Assembly: GCA_963836075.1 (NCBI GenBank)
Contig: CAWIIB010000001.1
Location: 288,001 to 352,000 of the forward strand
DNA from: an uncultured Acidobacteriota bacterium
GTDB taxonomy: Bacteria; Acidobacteriota; JAQAZP01
DNA length: 64,000 bases
Direction of reading: 5' to 3'
The notes under the pieces were generated by a model, which worked only from the letters and a program-made list of their open reading frames with translations, did no database searches and was not told where the DNA came from. The position numbers were made by a program, and so were the translations under genes. Shown in pieces: positions 59,811-64,000 of this stretch (positions are counted from its first letter, which is position 1; each line of letters begins with the position of its first letter).

Positions 59811-61175
59811 ATGACAAGGGCACACCCGGAACCGTATCAACGATTGCGGCAGGCAGCCCGCCGGATATTCGACGCCGCCCTGGGTGCGGCTGAACCGGGG
59901 CGGCTGACCCGGAAACTGCTGGCCGTCAAGGACCGCACCCTGATCATCGACAATGTGCCGTTTCCCCTGGAGGAGACGGCCCGGGTGATCGTGCTGGCCG
60001 CCGGCAAGGCGGCTGCCCCAATGTCTCGCGCGGCATTGGAGATCCTGGGGCCGCTGGCCGCGGATGGACTCACCGTTGTGCGGGACCTGCAGGAGGAGCC
60101 CCCCGGCGGTCTGCCGCTGCTGGTGGCCGGGCACCCGGTCCCCGATACACGGAGCAGCACCGCCGCGCAGCGGATGCTCTCACTGGCCCGCAGCGCCGGC
60201 CCCGGCGACCTGGTGCTCGCCCTCTTCTCCGGCGGCGCTTCAGCCCTGCTCAGTGCCCCTGCCCCGCCGCTGGACCTGGAGCAGTTGCGGGGCACCACCG
60301 CCCTGCTGATCAACAGCGGAGCCGGCATCCACCAGATCAACTGCGTGCGCAAGCACCTCTCGGCGATCAAGGGCGGGTTGCTGGCCCGGGCGGTACAACC
60401 TGCCGGCCTGGCCACCCTGCTGCTCTCCGACGTGGTTGGCGACCGCCCCGAGGTCATCGCCTCCGGGCCCACAGTCCCCGACCCCACGACCTATGGCCAG
60501 GCGCTGCGGGTGCTGGAGACCCGCGGTCTTGACCGAACGGTGCCTGCTGCGGTGATGCTCCGGCTCCGCCGCGGCGCCGCGGGGGAGCTGGACGAGACTC
60601 CGGGGCCCGACGATCCCTGTTTTGCAGACTCCATCGTCCGCCTGGTGGGCTCGAACAGGGATGCGCTGGACGGGGCAGCGGCCGAGGCACGAAATCTTGG
60701 TTTTACCGTGGAGGTCCGGGAGCGGCCGGTCACCGGGGAGGCCCGGGAGGCCGCCACCATATTCGGTAACCTGGCCGGCTCTGTGACCGCCCGGGACAGG
60801 AACGGGTTGCCTGTCTGCTTCCTCTCCGGAGGTGAAACCACCGTGACACTGCCGCCCGATCATGGCCGCGGCGGCCGGAACATGGAGCTGGCCCTGGCCG
60901 CCGCCCCGCTGCTTGCGAAAATCCCCGGCACCCTGCTGCTCAGCGCCGGCACCGACGGCAGTGACGGCCCCACCCCAGCCGCCGGAGCACTGGCGGACAG
61001 CCGGACCATGGACCGGGCCCGGCAGGCGGGGCTGGATCCGGAATCCGCCCTGCTGGAGCACGATTCATTTCACTTTTTCCAGGCACTGGGCGGCCTGGTG
61101 GTCACCGGTCCCACGGGAACCAATGTGATGGACCTCCAGATCCTCCTCTCCGACCCGGCTTCAGCAGAAAAATAA
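59811..61175 (+). CDS. Glycerate kinase type 2 (DUF4147/MOFRL)
   Basis: GKAA..M, GHPVPD, SGGASAL, RKHLSAIKGG, SDVVGD, GGETTV, GGRN.E, GTDGSDG, TGTNVMD. Start lies between 59790 and 59811. Confidence 0.95.
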   Translation: MTRAHPEPYQRLRQAARRIFDAALGAAEPGRLTRKLLAVKDRTLIIDNVPFPLEETARVIVLAAGKAAAPMSRAALEILGPLAADGLTVVRDLQEEPPGGLPLLVAGHPVPDTRSSTAAQRMLSLARSAGPGDLVLALFSGGASALLSAPAPPLDLEQLRGTTALLINSGAGIHQINCVRKHLSAIKGGLLARAVQPAGLATLLLSDVVGDRPEVIASGPTVPDPTTYGQALRVLETRGLDRTVPAAVMLRLRRGAAGELDETPGPDDPCFADSIVRLVGSNRDALDGAAAEARNLGFTVEVRERPVTGEAREAATIFGNLAGSVTARDRNGLPVCFLSGGETTVTLPPDHGRGGRNMELALAAAPLLAKIPGTLLLSAGTDGSDGPTPAAGALADSRTMDRARQAGLDPESALLEHDSFHFFQALGGLVVTGPTGTNVMDLQILLSDPASAEK

Positions 61176-61360
61176 ACAGATACTTGACCTATATCATCAT
61201 AATTCTGTAGTATTAAACACACATAACGATCGGAAGTCACTTTTCGCCAACCTGACTTTCCGGGATTCATTTTCCAATACAGTGCCATCTCCGTTGCGTG
61301 CTGGTGGAATCTCTGGCAGCAACGGAAACCGTTCCACTCTCACAGGAGGCTCAGTCCACG

Positions 61361-64000
61361 ATGAAACGAAGCATTTCCCTGATCGCCGTCGTTCTTTTTA
61401 CGGTGGCGGCCCTCTCCGGCTTCACCAGCGACCTTTCCGCGTTCACCAACCATGGTCACCAACCTGGCGTTTTCGCCAGCCAGCCGCTGGTGGACTCTGT
61501 TCACGCCAAGGGCATCCAGCGCTACGTGCCCGACCCGCTGGTGCAGGCGGCCCTCTCCGAGAGGCCGCTGTGGCAGGACTTTCTCGCCCGCCACGGTGAG
61601 AACTGGCAGGTCCGCTGGTATCCCGGCACCGGCACCCCGCACATCGTCTGGGGTGAAGGGCTTCCCCTGCTGCCCGACGGCGAGCCGACCTTGGCCCAGG
61701 TGGAAAAGATCAGCCGTGATTTCATCCGCGAGAACAGCGAACTGTTCATGGTGGACGAAGCCGAACTGGTGCTCAAGGACAAGTCGGTCAACCTCGGCAA
61801 CGACAACGAACTCTGGTTTGTCCACTTCCAGCGGGTGGTGGACGGTATCCCGGTCTATGCCAGCGACGTTTACCTGCGCTACAAGTTCGGCCGCCTGGTG
61901 CAGTTCGGCTCCGACTGCTTCCCCGATCTCGCCGCCACCCCGCGGCCGGAGATCGACGGCCTGGAAGCCCTGGAAATCGCCCAGGCCGACTGCGGCTTCA
62001 AGCATGGTGTGGACTCCCTGGAATCGGCCGGCGACCTGCTCTACTTCCCGGTGCAGCACACGGTGGGCGGCGCCTTCGAGTACCGCCTGGTGCAGCGGGT
62101 GAACATCCGCCGTATCGACGGCCCGATGAACCTGCACTACTTCATCGACGCCCACGACGGTTCCATCGTCGCCCGCTGGGACTATGTCTTCCGCACCATC
62201 TCCGGCACCGTCACCGCTGAAGTCTATGAACGGCACGTGGCCAACCCGGTGACCGAACGTCCCATGCCCTACCTCACCGTGGACTTCAGCGGCTCGGCCA
62301 GCGTCGAGACCGACATCGACGGCTTCTACACCTCGCCGGCCACCGGCGACCAGACCATCTCCGCCGAGCTCTATGGCCCGTACTGGAACCTGAACAACCA
62401 GGCCGGGGCCGATGGCTCCGTCTCCTTCAGCGGTTCCGGCGCCGGCCAGGACATCATGTGGGAGGACACCAACTCCACCATGGCCGAGCGCACCTCCTAC
62501 CACGCTCTGGACCGCATCCGCACCCTGGCCCTGAACTATATTCACCCCTCGTGGTTCGACCAGCGCCTGCCGGTGAACGTCAACATCAACGACACCTGCA
62601 ACGCTTACTACGACTACAGCTCGGTGAACTTCTTCCTCGCCGGCGGCGGCTGCAACAACACCGGTGAGCTGTTCGACGTGGTGGCCCACGAGTGGGGGCA
62701 CGGGCTGGACGACAATATCAGCGGCATCTATGACGGCGCGTCCTCCGAAGGCTGGAGCGACATCACCGCCATGATGCAGACCGAGGACTGCCTGGTGGGA
62801 CCCTACTTCCACACCGACGGTTCGCCGGTGCGCAACATCTGCGACGACTACACCTACCCCGAGGACACCGGTGAGGTGCACTACGAGGGGCAGATCATCG
62901 GCTCCACCAACTACGACCTGCTGGTCTACCTCCGGGCCTCCCTGGGCGACAAGCCGGCGATCAGCAAGCTCCAGGAGCTCTTCTTCCTGCACATGTACAC
63001 TTCGGACCACTACCTCGACGACTACATGGCCTACCTGGTGATCGATGACGATGACGGCAACCTGGCCAACTACACTCCCAATTTCGTCGACATCAACACC
63101 GCCTTCTCCGAGCACGGGCTCACCGAATACGTGGTCCCCACCGGTGTGCTCTTCACCCACACTCCGCTGCCCGACACCCCGGACACGGTCAGCCCCTACG
63201 AAGTGATCTCGCTGGTCACCTCGATCACCGACACCCTGGACACCGGATCGCTGGAAATCCGCTACCAGGTGGACGGCGGTTCGTTCAACAGCGTGGCCAT
63301 GACCACCACCGGCCAGCCGGACGAGTACCATGGCTTCATACCCGCCCAGGGCGTGGGCGCCGAGGTGAGCTACTATCTCTACGGCGAGGACGACGAGGGC
63401 CCGGGCACCCTGCCCCAGACGGCCCCCGGTTCCACCTTCAGCTTCCTGGTCGGTTTCAGTACCATCTTCTTCGACGACATGGAGAGCGGTGAGGGCGGCT
63501 GGACGCACTACGAAGTGGCGGCCCAGGACGACTGGATGCTCGGCTCGCCGGGCCCCAACGCCTACGACCCCTCCAGCGCCTACTCCGGTTCCAACATCTG
63601 GGGCAACGACCTTGCTCCCGACGGCTGGAACGGCAACTACTACGCCAACGTCCACAACTACATCCAGTCCCAGGTTATTGACTGCAGCGGCTTCAGCGGC
63701 GTGCGGCTGCGCTACATGCGCTGGCTCACCGTGGAGGATGCCATCTACGACCAGGCCACCATCTACGTCAACGGCACCCAGGTCTGGCAGAACGCCGTGG
63801 GCGCCGACCACATGGATACCGCGTGGACTGTGCACGACATTGACATCTCGGCCCTGGCCGACGACAACGCCTCGGTGGTCATCGAGTACCACATGGAGAG
63901 CGACGGCGGCGTGGAATTTGGCGGCTGGAACTTCGACGACTTCAAGCTGCTGGGCACCACCTCGGTGGTCCCCCAGGACACCATCGAAGTTTCCCTCGCT
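61361..64000 (+). CDS. Secreted thermolysin-clan (M4/M36-like) zinc metalloprotease; runs off the window end
   Basis: AGGAGG RBS, signal peptide MKRSISLIAVVLF, propeptide ending YFIDAHDG, then NAYY, HEWGH (62687-62701), SEGWSD, EVH. Beta-rich C-terminal domains follow. Confidence 0.9.
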   Translation, partial: MKRSISLIAVVLFTVAALSGFTSDLSAFTNHGHQPGVFASQPLVDSVHAKGIQRYVPDPLVQAALSERPLWQDFLARHGENWQVRWYPGTGTPHIVWGEGLPLLPDGEPTLAQVEKISRDFIRENSELFMVDEAELVLKDKSVNLGNDNELWFVHFQRVVDGIPVYASDVYLRYKFGRLVQFGSDCFPDLAATPRPEIDGLEALEIAQADCGFKHGVDSLESAGDLLYFPVQHTVGGAFEYRLVQRVNIRRIDGPMNLHYFIDAHDGSIVARWDYVFRTISGTVTAEVYERHVANPVTERPMPYLTVDFSGSASVETDIDGFYTSPATGDQTISAELYGPYWNLNNQAGADGSVSFSGSGAGQDIMWEDTNSTMAERTSYHALDRIRTLALNYIHPSWFDQRLPVNVNINDTCNAYYDYSSVNFFLAGGGCNNTGELFDVVAHEWGHGLDDNISGIYDGASSEGWSDITAMMQTEDCLVGPYFHTDGSPVRNICDDYTYPEDTGEVHYEGQIIGSTNYDLLVYLRASLGDKPAISKLQELFFLHMYTSDHYLDDYMAYLVIDDDDGNLANYTPNFVDINTAFSEHGLTEYVVPTGVLFTHTPLPDTPDTVSPYEVISLVTSITDTLDTGSLEIRYQVDGGSFNSVAMTTTGQPDEYHGFIPAQGVGAEVSYYLYGEDDEGPGTLPQTAPGSTFSFLVGFSTIFFDDMESGEGGWTHYEVAAQDDWMLGSPGPNAYDPSSAYSGSNIWGNDLAPDGWNGNYYANVHNYIQSQVIDCSGFSGVRLRYMRWLTVEDAIYDQATIYVNGTQVWQNAVGADHMDTAWTVHDIDISALADDNASVVIEYHMESDGGVEFGGWNFDDFKLLGTTSVVPQDTIEVSLA

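Noticed and set aside
61340-63892. 850-aa minus-strand ORF
   Set aside because: It is the in-register antisense of the plus-strand metalloprotease, which the ORF track missed because it lacks a stop in the window.

Overview
GC-rich bacterial chromosome segment, most consistent with an Acidobacteriota or Deltaproteobacteria-like diderm (inferred from gene content and order). It is mostly housekeeping genes on the minus strand: dnaK, comEC, coaX, nadC, rpsA, cmk, scpAB, ppdK, recO-mgtE-era-ybeY-phoH and aspS. No rRNA, tRNA, CRISPR array or intact mobile element was seen. The strongest candidate for an undescribed system is an eight-gene cluster (12423-20878). In it, an archaeal-type HMG-CoA synthase/thiolase/DUF35 trio sits inside a leucine-catabolism (Liu-like) gene set that has no HMG-CoA lyase. 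Eight genes-internal single-base frameshifts were found in seven genes, and five of them fall on the same AGTAC pentamer, suggesting a methylation-linked sequencing artefact. Other points are a RomR-like regulator, a TPR/Zn-finger plus DUF4388-pseudopilin pair, an MFSD1-like transporter, and three large secreted proteins, two of which may share a C-terminal domain. All family calls come from motif recognition by eye; no database search was run.
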